A DNA stretch of 64,000 nucleotides from Callorhinchus milii (GCF_018977255.1 NW_024704743.1:7566001-7630000); one strand, 5' to 3'. Shown: positions 35,071-49,951, counted from the stretch's first letter. Translations and numbers: made by a program. The notes: generated from the letters alone by a model not told the origin.

Positions 35071-37564
35071 ATTTACGCAAACCCTTTGCCAACACCAGCC
35101 GCCCCATCACCAGGTCTCCAGGAATAGACTGTGCAGTCGCACGTCAACAGCAACAACAACAAATTACATTTGTGTAGCGCCTTTCACGTCAGGAGGACGT
35201 CCCAGCTTCATAGGCACTTAACCGCAAGCGCAAACGGGGACTCTTCTGCCCAGCACAAACACTGCTAAGTTCCTCCTTGCGCATGTGCAGGCCATACCTT
35301 TCTGAATGGCAATGTCCCACAAACAGCCATTACTGGTCGATTTTATCTGTGGGAATTGTTGACCAGGAAAGAGGGAGAAACTTTTTTCTTTCTTTTAAGA
35401 TACTGCCTCAGGATTTTTAAAGTCCACCTGAACAGGCATGGATGGGATGTTGGTTGAACGCTCATTCCAAAGGAAGATCCCTTGGACAATGCAGTATTCC
35501 CCCAGCCACGCACTGGACATCAGCCTAGGCTGTGAGTTCAAAGACCAGATGTGGGGACTGAGGATATGTTCTGTCATATCCTTTCTGTCTTTGTTCCTGA
35601 ATAATAAATCAAACACATCTTTCCTAATCATCTTCCACGTTGGTGTTTCCGGTGAAACTACAAACTAATCTTTGCTTCCCCTAAGGAACACAGGTCGAAG
35701 GTCATGCATCTGCCATACAGCAGTTAGATTATCACCAGGATGATGATAGCACCTGCCTTTTCATTGGGAACAGACTTCACTGTAACCCTTGACATGCTGG
35801 GCTTCTTCATCAATCCAAGGGTCACAGATTCATGTGATCAAACTTGCATTTGACATAGCACCTTATCACGTCGTTGAGATGTCTCAAAGCGCTTCATAAT
35901 AATAATAATAATAGTAAAGTGTCTACAGTAAAGTGGAGTGACCGTGTATTTGTGGACTAAGCTAACAACAGCCTGAGAATGTCAACTGCTGTACTGTACA
36001 CATGATTGCAGTTTGCAGGCTACAAATTACCTAAATTTAAACAGCACCAATTTAATTGGAAAATAGCAGGAGGTTGATGCTGTTGGGGTGTGCTTTAGAA
36101 ACTGCCAGCAGACATGTGGCCATCTGTTATCCAAATTCAGTTTCATTTGCTCAGTTTGTAAATTAATTATGGTAACATGCAATTGAGTAGCATTATTCAT
36201 GGCGTTATTATACAAATGCCAAATTCTTACTTTTGTCAGCTGCTGTGTGTAACTGACAGAAGATATGGTAGTGGCTTTGTGCAAGGCATCCTGCATACAT
36301 CAGATATTTATACGCTTTCTCTACTCCTGGGCTGAACTTAATGGTCATTTTAAGTAACAAGAGTGCATCAATTCAGGATTCGCCCTCAAATATACAGTCA
36401 ATTCACTTTACAGTCTATTCTGTGAAGCGCTTTGGGACGTCCTCCCGACGTGAAAAGCGCTATATCAATTGCAAGGATTATTATTATTATTATTGTCAAC
36501 AGAAAAGGTTTGCCTACAAAATACACGGTCATTGCACTTCATAGTGGATCCTGTGAAGCAGTTGGAGATGTCCTCCTGGCGTGAAAGGCACTATATCAAA
36601 TGCAAGGATAAATTTTTATTTCTTATCATTTTTAACAAAGAAGAGGCGAGGTTAGAAGAATTTATTGTGCATAGAGAGTTGATAAAATGTGGCATATTTT
36701 AATACAAATGACTCCTGAGAAGCTGAGCCTGTAAGAGTAGTAATACAATAATATTCCTTACTATTTTTTACAATGCTTATAAAATTGAGAATATCTCAAT
36801 GCATTTCAGAAGTTTCTGTAAAGTGAAGTGATTCTGTATTTTGTGGGTGAAGAAATGAGCAATTTTATTTGGGGGATTGTTGGCCGGACATCAGAGAAAC
36901 TCCCTTCTCTTTTTGAATAGTGCCATGGCATCTTTAACATCCACCCGAACAGACCTTGTTTCATGTCTCATCTGAAGTTCGACATCTCCAACAAAGAAGT
37001 GCATCCCCAGCAACAATTAAACTACATTTAAAAAGGAACTTAGTAAACACTTGAGAAAATATATCATCAAACAGGTATGAGGAAACATCAATAAAATAGG
37101 ATTGGAGATAGTTACCTTTAGCACAGACACAATGACCTCCTGTGCTATAAATTTTCTTTGATTTAATGAGGTAAGGTTTATGACATTTCATAACACATTT
37201 CTTAATGAACACAATCTCCTAAACATCACAACACAGCAAATCCCCACAAACAGACGTTTGCTGAATGACAAATCTTTCCTGGGGATTGCTGGCCAGGACA
37301 CCAGGAACATAGGAAAGGAATAGGCCATTTGGCCTATTGAGTTTGTTCCACAACTTTCCAAGATGTTAGCTGATCCACAATTCAATTCCATCTTCCATCC
37401 CTTTCTCCATATCGCTTGATACGGCAGCCAATTGCGCACAGCAGTGTCCCACAAACAGTCGTAGATGGAAAATGACCAATTTATTATTGTTTTTATTGAG
37501 GGATTATTATTAGGCATGTGGAGTAAGGAAACTTGCCCAAGGTTTCGCCCTGCCTGGAATTGAA

Positions 37565-37935
37565 CTGGGCATGTTCACACTGGAGAAGAGAAGGTCGAGG
37601 GGTGATATGAATACGTGTGTTTAAGAATCCGAAGGGACTAGATAATGTTACCGAACAGTAGAACCAGAGGACACACCCTGTGATTGAAGAGGAGTAAATT
37701 CAGAACGAATCTGCAGAAACACTACTTCAGTGAGAGAGTAGTAAACTTATGGAACAGGCTCCCCAGGGAGACAGTGGAAACAGAAAGTGTTGTTTCAAGA
37801 ACAAATTAGATAGATTTCTGCTAGAAAATAATATCTCAGGACACAATATATAGTTTGTGACACATCATGTCAAGCAACTGCTAGTTGGAAGGCAAACTAA
37901 ATGGACCTTGGTCTTCTTTTGCCTTATGATACCTA
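37565..37935 (+). mobile_element. CR1 LINE 3' fragment
   Basis: CTGGAGAAGAGAAGGTCGAGGGGTGATATG (LEKRRxRGDM), AGAACCAGAGGACAC (RTRGH), GAGAGAGTAGTAAACTTATGGAAC (ERVVNLWN). Confidence 0.85.
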
Positions 37936-38379
37936 AGAAACACGTCTTGAAATAATGCAATCTTTAATACCCACTTGAAGAAGCAAACAATCTCTGTTTA
38001 ACATCTTAGCTGAAAGTTAGAACCTCACATTCAGCAGTGCAGCGCTCCCTTTGCTATCGCATTAAAGTATCAATTTAATAATGACCAGCTTATATCCACT
38101 CCTCTACCTGCTCCATTTGCTCAGCTGGCTCCAGCCGCCTGCATGTCCCTTATCCACTTCACTCCATCATCAATACTGTGCTTTCAGCCATTACATCCCA
38201 GGACTCTGGAACTCTCTGCCTCAATCCCTTCGCCTTGCCCCCTTCTTGTCTGTCTTCAAATCACATCTGAATGTGATCACATCTGAAGACCCTTCCTCTT
38301 TGATCATACCTAAATGGTTGTCGATATTGATGTCAATCCACTTTACAGTATATCTTGTGAAGTGCTTTAAATCATACTA

Positions 38380-38910
38380 TAATAGAATTTTACAGCACAG
38401 AAGGAGGCCATTCGGGCCATCGTGCCTTTGCTGGCTCTTTGGAAAAGATACCCAATCACTCCCATTCCATCGCTCTTTCCCCACACCCCTGCAAATTGTT
38501 CTTTTTCAAGTACCTATCTAATTCCCTTTTTAAAGTTGTTATTGAATCTGTTTCCACCATCTTTTCAGGGAGTGCATTCCAGACCGTAACAACTCTCTGT
38601 GTAAAAAAAAATTCTCCTCGTCTCCCCTCTGGTTCTTTTGCCATTTATCTTAAATCCACGTCCCTGGTTACCGACCCACCGGCCAGTGGAAACAGTTTCT
38701 CCCTATCTACTCTATCAAAAGCCCTCATAATTTTGAACACCACTATTAAATCTCCCCTTAACCTTCTCTGCTCTAAGAAGAACAATCCCAGCTTCTCTAG
38801 TCTCTCCACATAACTGAAATTCCTCATTCCTGGTACCATTCTGGTAAATCTCCTCTGCACTCTCTTCAAGGCCTTGATATGCTTCAGAAAATGTGCTCAG
38901 AATTGTATAT
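38380..38910 (-). mobile_element. CR1 LINE 3' fragment
   Basis: RVQRRFTRMVPGMRNFSYVERLEKLGLFFLEQRRLRGDLI...FFTQRVVTVWNALPE. Confidence 0.95.
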
Positions 38911-41570
38911 AATAATACAATAAGATATAATGAGATACCTTGCTGACATGATAAGGCCCTATATCAAATACAAGCATTATTATTACAGTATGATTATGGG
39001 ACTGAAAGGATTTCTCGTAAAAGAGCTTAGACACGATGGGTCAAATAGCCTTCATCTGTGCTGTAAGTTTCTAGTTTTATGGTTTTACCAACTCTGAAAT
39101 CATGTCAGTAAAAGTGCTTTTATTTGCCATGAGGAAAAGCTCTCCTCCTTGGAGAACATTGTGTTCAGTTTAAGGTACGTGAATGTAGATTTGAAACAAT
39201 AATTGTGCTTTAGGCTTGCGATGCAGCGAATGAACATCCCTTGTGCTATTGATGTGGCATTGTAATTCATAGATTAGCTGTTATGAATAAGTAATGTATA
39301 ACGTCACTTGGCGTCTTTGTTGTGGCACGGCTGGGTTTTTTCCAATTACAAACCAGTTATAGCTCTTTGTTTGTTGGACTCCTGGTAAATGCAAAAGGAA
39401 GATAACAGGATCCTATAAGTGACATCCACGTACCGACCCTCACCCCGATAATGACAGGAAAACATTACGTTAGCTGCAACGGCAGCAAATATTGATCCAC
39501 CAAATTCACTTTACAGTAAATCCTGTGAAGCACTTTGAGACGTCCTCCTGACTTGAAAGCTGTTTTTATAGCTCGCAGCAGCATTAAATATTACCAGCAT
39601 GTTTATCAATATTAAGTGCTTGGAGACATCCTCCCAACGTGAAAGGCATTATATCAATGTAAATTGCATTGTAATATTTACTGTAAGAACATGAGAACTA
39701 ACAGTAGAATGAGATGGGTTCATAATCAGCTTAATTCAACAACTTGAACTTATGTAATGCCTTTTACACAGGATGAACATCTAGAAGCACTTCACAAGGA
39801 TAATGGGTATCACCAAGCAGGGAGGCTGGAAGGAGAGATTGAGAATGTTGACCAAAGGCACAAAATATACAGTCCCTACACTTCACAATATGTTCTGTGA
39901 AGCGCTTTAGACATATCGAAGATGTGATAAGGCACTATATCAAATGCAAGGATTATTATTATTATAGTATAAGAGAGCTTAGATGTAGAGGGCTTTGAAG
40001 ATGCAGGAATTTAGCAGAGGGAGTTCAAATGAGCAGAAGAATAGTGGTTAAAGGCTTGACCATGAATGTTGGTACTTGGGAGTAAAGGATGAGCAGTACA
40101 CCAGAGACGGAAGACAAAGAGTTATGGGCAACATGAATAAAGATAGAGAGCTGGCAGATATAGGGTGGGACAAGATTGTCTAGGGATCTGAAGGTCAGGT
40201 CAAGGATCTTGCAGTTAATATCCATGGTGAACTGGAAGCCAGTTGAGCCTGGAGAGATAACAACAACAACTTGTATTTATATGGCGGCATTTACACGGAA
40301 TAGTGTCCCAGAGTGCTTGACGGTGGCGGAGCAGGACACCGAGCCGGGGGGAGGGGGAGGTGACCATAGGCAATGATAGGAGTAATGGACGTGTGGAGCT
40401 TGGCGGAGGACAGGCTAAAGAGCAGAGTTGGAGATTATGAGGCAGCAATTGTTGCATAGTTAATATGAAGTAAATGGCAAAATATAAAACAGCTGTACAT
40501 AATGACATGCGACAATATATTCTGTTCTATGATTCCATCATTCTATAATAATAATCCTTCAATTTGATATAGTGCCTTATATTCTGTGGGTATATTCTGT
40601 GAAGCGCTTTGAGATGTCTAGAAGACGTGAAATGCGCTATATCAAATGCAAGGATTATTATTATTATTACTGCTGGGTAAACAGAGGCGTATGGAGTAAG
40701 GAAACTTGCCCAAAGTTTTGCCCTGCTGGGATTGAACCCAGGTTCTCTCGCTTGAGAGGTGAGTGCTTTATCAATGATAGCACTGAATGGTGGTTTCATT
40801 TCAACAGCAGAGAATTTATTTCTAAATTTGGCATCATTATACTAAACCAGCAAATTGTTTCAGCAAAAAAAACAGATATAATAACAATATAGTTTTTGCA
40901 TTTAATATAGTGCCTCATCAGGTTGCCGAGAAGTCTCAAAGCGCTTCACAGGATTTACTGTAAAGCTCAGCGACCGTGTATTTTTGTAGGCAACACGGAA
41001 AACAATTTGCATACAATGTCCCACAAACAGCCCTGAATCGAATGTCAGATGAGACTGCAGACAACAATCGGTGATAGGGCAGCTCACGCAAACCTTAATA
41101 TGAACTGTGCCAGTGAAAGGATGACCACAGGGATTGTCTTATCAGAAAAGAACAGCTGTTCATTGCCTTATATTATTTGCACAAGTAACGTAGGGTGAAG
41201 CCTTTTATCTAGTGGTTACGCTTGGCAGGTAACAAAGCTGCTAGGTTTTGCATGTTCTTTTGATCTAACTTTTAATTCTGTTAAGCTCCTTGTACTATTT
41301 TAACATTGTTCAAAAAGACCTACTTCAGCTTGAAAAAAAATCTATCCTTTTATAAAACTTAATTTGTGTACAGCTGTGTGTTTTGTGGGCATAATAGAAA
41401 GTTTAGAAACATTTTCACACAGAGGGTGTTGTCTGTGTGAAACTCACTGCCAGAAGCTGTTGTTGAACCAGGAAGCATATTTCGAGAGGAAGCTTGGCAG
41501 ATACATAAGAGAGAAGGAAATAGAGGAGCATAGAAAGAGGGGAATAGGAGGGGTGGGGGCTTGTCTGGAG

Positions 41571-42012
41571 TATAATAATAATAATCCTTGCATTTGGTAT
41601 AGCGCCTTTCACATTGGGAGGACGACCAAAAGCACTTCACAGAATCTATTATGAAATGAAGTGACTGAGTATTTATTGGCAAACTCGGCAGACAATTGTA
41701 CACAATAATATCCCACAAACAGCCATGAAACAAAGACTAATTTTATTTGTGGGACTGTTGATCAGGACACCAGAAGAAACTTCTCTTTTCAACTGGTGCC
41801 GTGGGGTCTTTTAGGGCCACCTGAACAGGCAGACAGGACCTTCTATTTTTAATGTTTCATCCAATGGATAGCAGCTGTGACAATACAACACCCCCCAGCA
41901 GTGCATTGGAGTGTCAGCTTAGAGTATGTAAGTTCAAGTCCTAACATCGGGCTTGAACCCACAACCTTCTGACACAGAGTCAAAAGTGCTGCTAACTGAG
42001 CCAGGCTGACAC
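41571..42012 (-). mobile_element. full-length older DeuSINE inserted in a CR1 3' end (CR1 at ~41390-41570 and ~42015-42075)
   Basis: Complete SINE. CR1 motifs TTTTCACACAGAGGGTG lie before it and GGGCCAAATGGCCT after it. Confidence 0.8.
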
Positions 42013-43804
42013 ACAGTACAAACTTCGGTGAGCAAGTTGGGCCAAATGGCCTAGTTCAGTACCATATCTGTAAGCTTACACATATCAATGCTGACAGTAT
42101 CAGAGAGCAAGTGTGTCATTACAGTCTATTTTTCACAGTGCCGCTATTTTTCTGCCACTCTTAAGCTACATTTGGCCACTCAATGTGAAAGGCATCATAT
42201 AAACGTCTATTGTATTGTATGAGCAGGTAAAGATCCACCTCATAAACAGAACAAAACAGTCATTCAGATGAAATTTTTATCTATTTGCTGGACCATTCAG
42301 CTGTTGTTTTTAATTTTTTAAAACAAAATAGCATTTGCTTTAAATATATGGACACTTAAATGCTATTTCACATTAGTGCACTCTTTACTCTATTACAGCT
42401 GTTTCTCCTGCTGGAAATGTGATTCACCCCCGATCAACTTTAGTCCCAGGGCTTTTCTGCATTTGTTTTTCTGGTTTGGGCCCTTAATGTGGAGTCAATT
42501 TCCGCATTTGCCAGCTGCAAGCTGTCAAAGTCACTCTTGACATAACTCCACTGGGTTGAGAGGATGTGTCAAGGAACTGGCTGCACAAGATAATTCAGTT
42601 ACCTTCTATTCATGTTTCCTGTTAAGGATATCTGGAAGGATGCAGAGTCAGTTCCACCATTAACCCTGTATGAACAATAACTTGTGGTTAACAATTCAGG
42701 CAAGTTGTATGGATCATTGTGCTTGCGGAGCAGTAGAAGATAATGCGTTCACCACCCCAGGAATACTGGCTTAAATCCCCCATGATGTGGCTCTATAATA
42801 ACAATAGTAATAATAATAATAATCCTGGCATTTGATATAGCGACTTATCAAATCTTCAAGATGTCTCAAAGCGCTTCACAGAATATACTGTAAAGTGAAT
42901 TAACTGTATATTTTGTGGGCAAAATGCGGCAGCCAATTGCACAGCAGTGTCCCACAAACAGTCAAGTGCAATGAAGACAATCCACATAACAGCTTGCGTA
43001 CTCGCATTTATATAGCGCCCTTCATGCAAAACAATATCTCAGAGCGCTATATCATTCTACCAGTGTTAAGAAGCTTTGAACAAGTAAGATACTTTAAGCT
43101 ATAATACTAATAATAATCCTTGCATTTGATATAGCGCTTTTCATATCTTCGAGACATCTCAAAGAACATCATAGGATATAGCTGTTCCACTTTAAGGGCA
43201 CTATATAAACGCAAATTATTGTGTTTTTGTGCAGCTGGCTCTGTGTTGCAGCAATTCTTTCAGTCTCATTTACCTGCCTTTTTCCCACTCCCTACAAATT
43301 ACTCCTTTTTAGATATCTATCCAGTTCCCTCATAAAATCTAATATGGAGTCTGCCTTGATCACTGCATCCAACAGAACATTCCACATCTTAACAACTCTT
43401 TGAATAAAACATGCCTCTTAATCTCTCCCATTGCTCCCATTTAAATTAATGCTGTCAAGTCCAGCCCTATTCACTCTATCAAAACCCTTTATATTTTATC
43501 AAATGAGTCAATCTGGATTAGTTGATAACACTCTTGCCTTTGAGTCAGAATGTTGTTGCAAGCCCCATGTTGTGACTAGTCTAGATAGGCTAACACTACA
43601 ATTGCAATTCTGGGAGTGTGCTAGATATTGGAGGTGCCACAGTTTGGTGAGATGTTAAATGGAGGTCTGTTTGCCTGTTCAGGTGGATGTTAAAGGTCCC
43701 ATGGCATTACTTGAAAAGAGAAGGGAAATTTCTCCAGGTATCTTGGCCATCAATCCCTAAAAGAAGCACTTTGAGACATTTTGTGAAGTGGTTTGAGACG
43801 TTCC

Positions 43805-44232
43805 ATCACACAGAGAATACAGTTCAAATTCCTGGTGCTCACCTTTAAAGTCCTCCATGGTCTTGATCCTCCCTACCTCTGTGACCTCCTAATCCCCTAC
43901 CATTCTGCTTGCACCCTCCGTTCAGTGTGCTCCAGTCTGCTTCACGTCCCCCGCCTCTCTTGCCCCACTATTGGTGGGCCTTCGCCACTCTGCCACCAAC
44001 CTCTGGAACTCCATACCGCAGTCCTTCTGCTTCGGCCCCTCCCTTGCCTTCTTCAAGACTCATCTCAAGACCCTCCACTTCAACTGTGCTTTCGATCACT
44101 CTCTTTCCCTCCCTGCCCTCCACCCTCCCCAATCCTGACCCTCAGCTTGGGTCCGATATTAAGTCTGGCCAGCGCCTTGGGATGTCCTCCTGACGTGAAA
44201 GGCGCTTTACAAATGTAATTTTGTTGTTGTTG
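43805..44232 (+). mobile_element. L2 LINE 3' fragment
   Basis: ITQRIQFKFLVLTFKVLHGLDPPYLCDLL; hairpin tail and (TTG)n end. Confidence 0.92.
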
Positions 44233-45730
44233 CCCTGTGAAGTGCTTTGAGACATCTTTCCAACATGAGTGGAGGATGTAGTCCAATCTTAGCCAATATG
44301 ACCATTATTACCTTAGAATTTCAGATTACACAGAATTGTGGTAAATCACAGCATCAAGCTGCTTTTTTTAAAAAGGACTCCGGAGTCCTGGCCTCAACCA
44401 CCCTTCCTGGCAACATATTCCTATCATTAATTGCCTTCTAAGTAAAGAAAACTTCCTGGTCTCTGCCCTGAAATTGCTTTTTGTTTCTCTAAACTTATGT
44501 TGTCTTGTTCTACTGTTACGGTGTACACTGCTAGTCCTAAAGCATTGTACTGGCTTGAGGCCAGGGCACAGGGCTTACTTGAAAAGCAGCTTGGTGTTAT
44601 GGTGGAAAGATGGTAGGGATGATATTCTGGGAAGATGAGATCAAACATACTTCATTCAAACCAATGCTGCTTACTTTTTCAATCCCATTTAAAATGACTA
44701 TAAGTGTTATTGCTGTTGTACTGTGAGTACAGAATGGTGTGCTACTTTAAGATAGCATAAAGCTGCAGGAGCAAAGTTCACTGTGTACATCTGTTCTGTA
44801 TGTTTACAGCACATTACTTGAACAGTATTAACATGAACTGTGCACATTAAATATGCACATTAATGTCACTTTCTTTGTTTGACATTATTGGGATGCCTTT
44901 GGAGCCAATTAATCACTAACAACCTGCTGTTGGAAGTTGCTCTGGTAAATTCCATTATTGCTGAAGACCAATTATGTTGATTTTAGCTGTGCTAAAGTAA
45001 GTAGGAAACAATTTCAGTCTATTTGGGGAACCTTAAAATTAGTGTTAAACTGGTAAATGGCGTAGCAGAAATAAAATCTTTCCGCAAAGGATTGAGAGGA
45101 CATGGAATGAAATGCCTCAGAAAGTTATAGACCTTATTCAGGTATTCAAGGATGGATAGGTAGATTATTGCTAATTAAGGATTTTAAGCAATATGGTGAA
45201 ACGAAGCAGAAATTCAATGAATGAATTGTCATTCAACAACAATAAACAATAGTGCCTTTCATGTTGGATAAATGTCTCAAAGCATATCACAAAATGAGAA
45301 TAATTAAAAATGAATTGAATGTAAACAAACTCAACTGTTAATTTGCACTCGTGTCTCACAAACAGTAATGAGATGTGAAAGTAATGTAAATTGGGGGAGA
45401 ACTTAAATAAGAGAGGGATTTTAGCCAAAAAAAACTTACAAAGGAACTATTGCATTATATTAACGGCAAATTGTGACAAACAATTAGGCATACAAAATAC
45501 TTTCTGTACGTTTATGTCAAAGTGTGCAGATTAATTTTGTACTTTTACACCTGAAGTGTTGGTTAATAGCAGATAATAAAAATAATATTGTATTATTAAT
45601 AATCATATAATACTATACTATATAATACTATATATAGTAATAATTCTTTAGAAAGGTGTATCTTCACTCCTAATGCTTCTTCGTCTGAGTCTTGAAATAT
45701 CACCTAGTCTTTCCTTATATGGCTATTTTT

Positions 45731-45887
45731 GGCTTAAAATTTCAGATTACCCTGAATTGTGAAAAATTCCTGGTCAGTCTTATTATTGAAACCTGGTCTT
45801 TTTAAGAGCTGTGAAAAAACAGGTTTCACATTAAGTCTGAATTTCAGTATTTTCCATAATTTGCTGCAAATCCTAAATTTTAAGACT
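45731..45887. mobile_element. fold-back palindromic element related to 21752-22132
   Basis: Nested inverted arms CTTAAAATTT/AAATTTTAAG, TCAGTCTTA/TAAGTCTGA, TGAAACCTG/CAGGTTTCA. Confidence 0.65.
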
Positions 45888-48409
45888 AAATGTTTTTAAA
45901 GGTTTAGGATTTCAGGCATCGGTGTGGCCACCAGGGCCCATTGTTTTCTACAAGAAAGGTGAACAAGGAAAAATAGTGATTTAAATAGACACAATTTTAC
46001 AATGTAAAACAAATCTCCATTTATATGGTGTCTTTCAAGTCCCGAAATGTTTAACATTCCTGACTTGGCACTCGAGCTGGGAGTGGGAGCCAATGGGGTG
46101 GGGTGGGGAGGGGAAAGGTGAACGAAAGCACGGCTAAAGAGATAGGTCTTGAGATGGACCTTGAATAAGGTGAGGGAGAGAGCGAATTGGAGAGATTCCA
46201 GGATGGAATTCCAGAGACTGGCCGCAAATTGGCTGAATGTCCATCCACCAATATTCGGGCAGGCAGTGCGGGAGATATGAAACAGGCCAGTACTCGTTGA
46301 GTAAAATTATGATTGATTGGAAATACATTACAGATGTGTATAGGGTTTTTGTTTAGTTTGGATTTAGTACTGGGAAAATAGGAACCTGGGATTTTGTACA
46401 GACTGAAATGTACTGGTATTTTATTTTTCTTAGATTTTCCTTGGTTAAACAGTAACTATTTATTACAGAGACTGCCCACAGAAGAGTTGGCAATGTGATA
46501 TAATCATAGTGTTTAGTTTTGTTGGTAAGACTTTCACATCTGGGTCAGAAAATTATATACTTTAAACCCCACATCGGGAACAAGTTCATAGTTTGGGCTG
46601 ATACTCTAGTGTCGTACTGGGGCGCACTGCATTGTCAGAGGTGCCATATTTCAGATGACACATTAAACCAAGGTCCCATCTGCCTGTCTTCAGATGGACA
46701 TTAAAGATCCCTTGATACGATTCAAAAAGAGAAGGGAATTTCTCCCCATGTCCTAGGCAACAACGTCTAGATTAATTGCCCATTCACTTCAACACTTCAT
46801 GTTGCCTTCAAAACAGTCACTACACCTTTCAGTAGTTAGCTTTCTACATGATAAAGTAACTATAAAAAAATTCAGGTTCTTTCTTTAGAATTGGAAAATT
46901 GCACTGATAGTTAATTAAATCCTTACCACCATTTATAGAAAAATCTCATAATTTATCCAATGTTCTTTTGTTCTTGACACCTCCCCGGTGTTCAATAACT
47001 AAACTACAAATGTCCATCGCTGATTGATCAGATAGGGCATGCCTGAGTCATGACCCCCTCATCAATCTTGTCCAGTTACAGCAGGAAACATGATCAAGAT
47101 AAATGGTCTTGGAATAGTTAATGGAATAGTCATCAACAGTTTCTGGTACACATGCCCCTGAAAGATAATTTTTCAAAGATTTTGTGTTGTTTTAATCTAA
47201 GATTTTGTTTTTACAGTCGTTGCTGGTCAAAGTTCAAATCCAAATTAATAATAATTCCTGCATTTGATATATTGCCTTATCACTACGTCAAAATGTTTCA
47301 AAGTGATTTTGCTGTAAAGTGTATTGACTGCATATTTCTAGACTGAAGCAACAGCTAATTTTCACGCAACAATGCCCCACAAACAGTCATGAAGTGAATG
47401 ATCAATTTTATCTGAGAATTGAATCCGGAGACTATTGAGTGGAACAGCATCAAGCATCTCTCTGAAATTCAAGTATATAATTTTCTCGCTCCTTTCCATT
47501 AGATCTACACATCCCTAGTTTCCTCTGTTCCACCATCAGCGACCGTGCTTTCAGCCGCTATACCTGAACTATAGAATTCTCTGCCTCAATCCCTCTGCCT
47601 TGCCACCTCCTTGCCAGTCTTCAGATCGCATGCAAAGTCCTTCCTCTTTGACCATGCATTGGGTCACCTCCTTCTATCCCCGGCTCAGAGTTAAGTTCTG
47701 CTGCTGTTAAGTGCTCTGGGACGCAACACTTGAAGGGCACAATACGAACGTAAGTTGTTATTATAGATTGGTAATGTATTTAATAAAACCCAATTTATTA
47801 AGCACAGACACTTTTCTCAAAATCAGCACGAGATTTACAAGTCTGTAGTTTGATAGCTTGTTCCCTATCCCTTTTTATAGCTGGGTTTCACATTTATTCT
47901 TTTCCAATCCGATGGCCAGGCTATAAACTTGCACTTAATTTAGGACCATGTTCTAGTGGTTAAATGCAGGTAAATCACTTCAGTGGTCTGTTTCAGGGGT
48001 TTGTGTTAGAAGTCAGCGTTTGTGGATTCAAGCACAGATGTGAGGAAAATAGTAAAGGAAATGCAAACCAGACACTCAAGGCACGGATTCTTACTGTAAC
48101 TGTTTTACTATAGTGTGGTTAATTCAATCGACAAAAAACTGTTACTTCAAAAAGTATTTAAAAAAAGATCATCAACAAGATCGTTTCTTTGGAATAGATG
48201 ATTCCTGGAGTGTCTCCGACAATCTCTGTTAGAATTATTGTATTCATTTTCTCACACCGCTCACTTCAGGCTCTGAGGGGGAAACTGATTCTTGGGCAGA
48301 ATCAGGAATTGATTATAAGGGACTGGTCAAAATTTGAGCGAGTGAGCGCTCAAAAAGAAACAGTAACGTTTACAACAAAAGCTTTCATTTCTATAGAGCC
48401 CTTCAGATG

Positions 48410-48815
48410 GGGTTGAGTCTTGAGCCCCGTTCGAACCCTTCCGCCACATTGCCCGTCTCCGACAGTACCTCACCCCAAAAGCTGCCGAAACCCTTGTCCA
48501 TGTCCATGCCTTTGTCACTCTTGGCTGGACTACACTAGCGCCCTCCTCGCCGGTCTCCCCTCAACAACGACAACAAGATTCCATCTATAGAGCGCCTTTC
48601 ACATCGGGACGACGTCCCAAGACGTCTCTCCTCCACTATTCACAAAATTCAGCTCATTCAAAACTCCGCCACTCGCATTCTCACCCGCACCAAACTTCGT
48701 ACCCCGATTACTCCAGTCCTTGACAATCTCCACTTGCTCCTGTCACAGAGCGGATCGACTTCAAGATCCTCGCTCTGAGACGCCATCTGGTGTGGAGGGC
48801 GCTATATAAATGCAG
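48410..48815 (+). mobile_element. L2 fragment (same subfamily as 23240-23818), internally deleted, with an antisense L2-tail stub
   Basis: CTCCACTATTCACAAAATTCAGCTCATTCAAAACTCCGCC is shared with 23310. Stub 48563-48623 is flanked by GTCTC(C/T)CCTC. Confidence 0.88.
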
Positions 48816-49951
48816 AGAATATGCAATCTATTCCAGACACAGGGAAATTTCCTTGTGTAGGTGACATAAGTGGAATTCTCAGTCTGGTTTGGATACTCTT
48901 AAGCATATTGATGGGTTTCCGCATGTGTCAGACACCCTACTGACCAACAGAAGTGTAGAACATAATGTTGAACACTAAGCTAAAACCACGTCAGGCCTCC
49001 CCAGCTCCACCGTGTGCTCAATAGTGACAATCAAGATAAGTCCCATCTTTCCTCAAGTAATGAAGTCCTGGATGATAATAAGTCCAAATATTTCTCCACA
49101 CGTAAATTCCATCCAAAGGAATCATCCACCCACAAAGGATGTCTTCAGGACGTGGGGCAGGATAAGTTGCCTTGCTTATGACAGGGGCAGTGCCCAAAGA
49201 TAGCTCAGGGGCCCAGAGTGGGGGATGTGAACAGCTTCTAATTTTGACACAAGCAAACATTGCTCAGCCACACAGAAATGGGCATTCAGGTTACCAATGT
49301 ACGACCTAATCCTTTGAACACAGGCATAATGTGTCAGGTTGCTAGGCAGTAAAGAAACACAGGACCATAATAGTGTCGCCTCTCGCATAGCACATGGAGC
49401 ATTCCATACCACAGCTGATGACAGCTGTCTGGAGCCCCTGAGTTTGTTACTTGTTAATACACCCCAGGCAGACTCATCATTATGATGTCTGAGCACACAT
49501 GGAATCATTTGGTGCTGTCATATTTTGCCGTAGGGGGTTATATATGGACAATTATCACTATATGATTTGGGGCTGGTCAATTCACTGAAGCCTTGGCTCC
49601 ATGTAGACTCAGTGCAGGTTATGTTATTCCTGAACTGAGTAATGCTCCAAGGTCAGACAACAGATTGGAGAACAGTTAACATCAAGATGAGAAGCTAATA
49701 AATAATGTTGCTTTGTAAAAAATTCACATTAGATGAACACAGTAAGGGGGAACACTGTAGGTTATTATATGCTGTATGCCTCCTATGGTGAAGTTTTCAT
49801 GTGCTCTTATATTGAGATACTGTATTATTAAGCACGCAATGAATGTTTCAGTACAAATAATGTACGTCATGCAATACTTTCCTCCCCATGTGAATGAGAC
49901 CTTAAACTTCCATGCCATTAAAAACTTTTGCAATTTTTTTTCTCTCTCTGT

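Noticed and set aside
35740..35830. Box C (ATGATGA) suggesting a C/D snoRNA
   Set aside because: No properly placed CTGA box D or terminal stem.
49004..49260. Protein-looking frames on both strands
   Set aside because: No recognisable homology, no consistent splice pair, and short enough to arise by chance.
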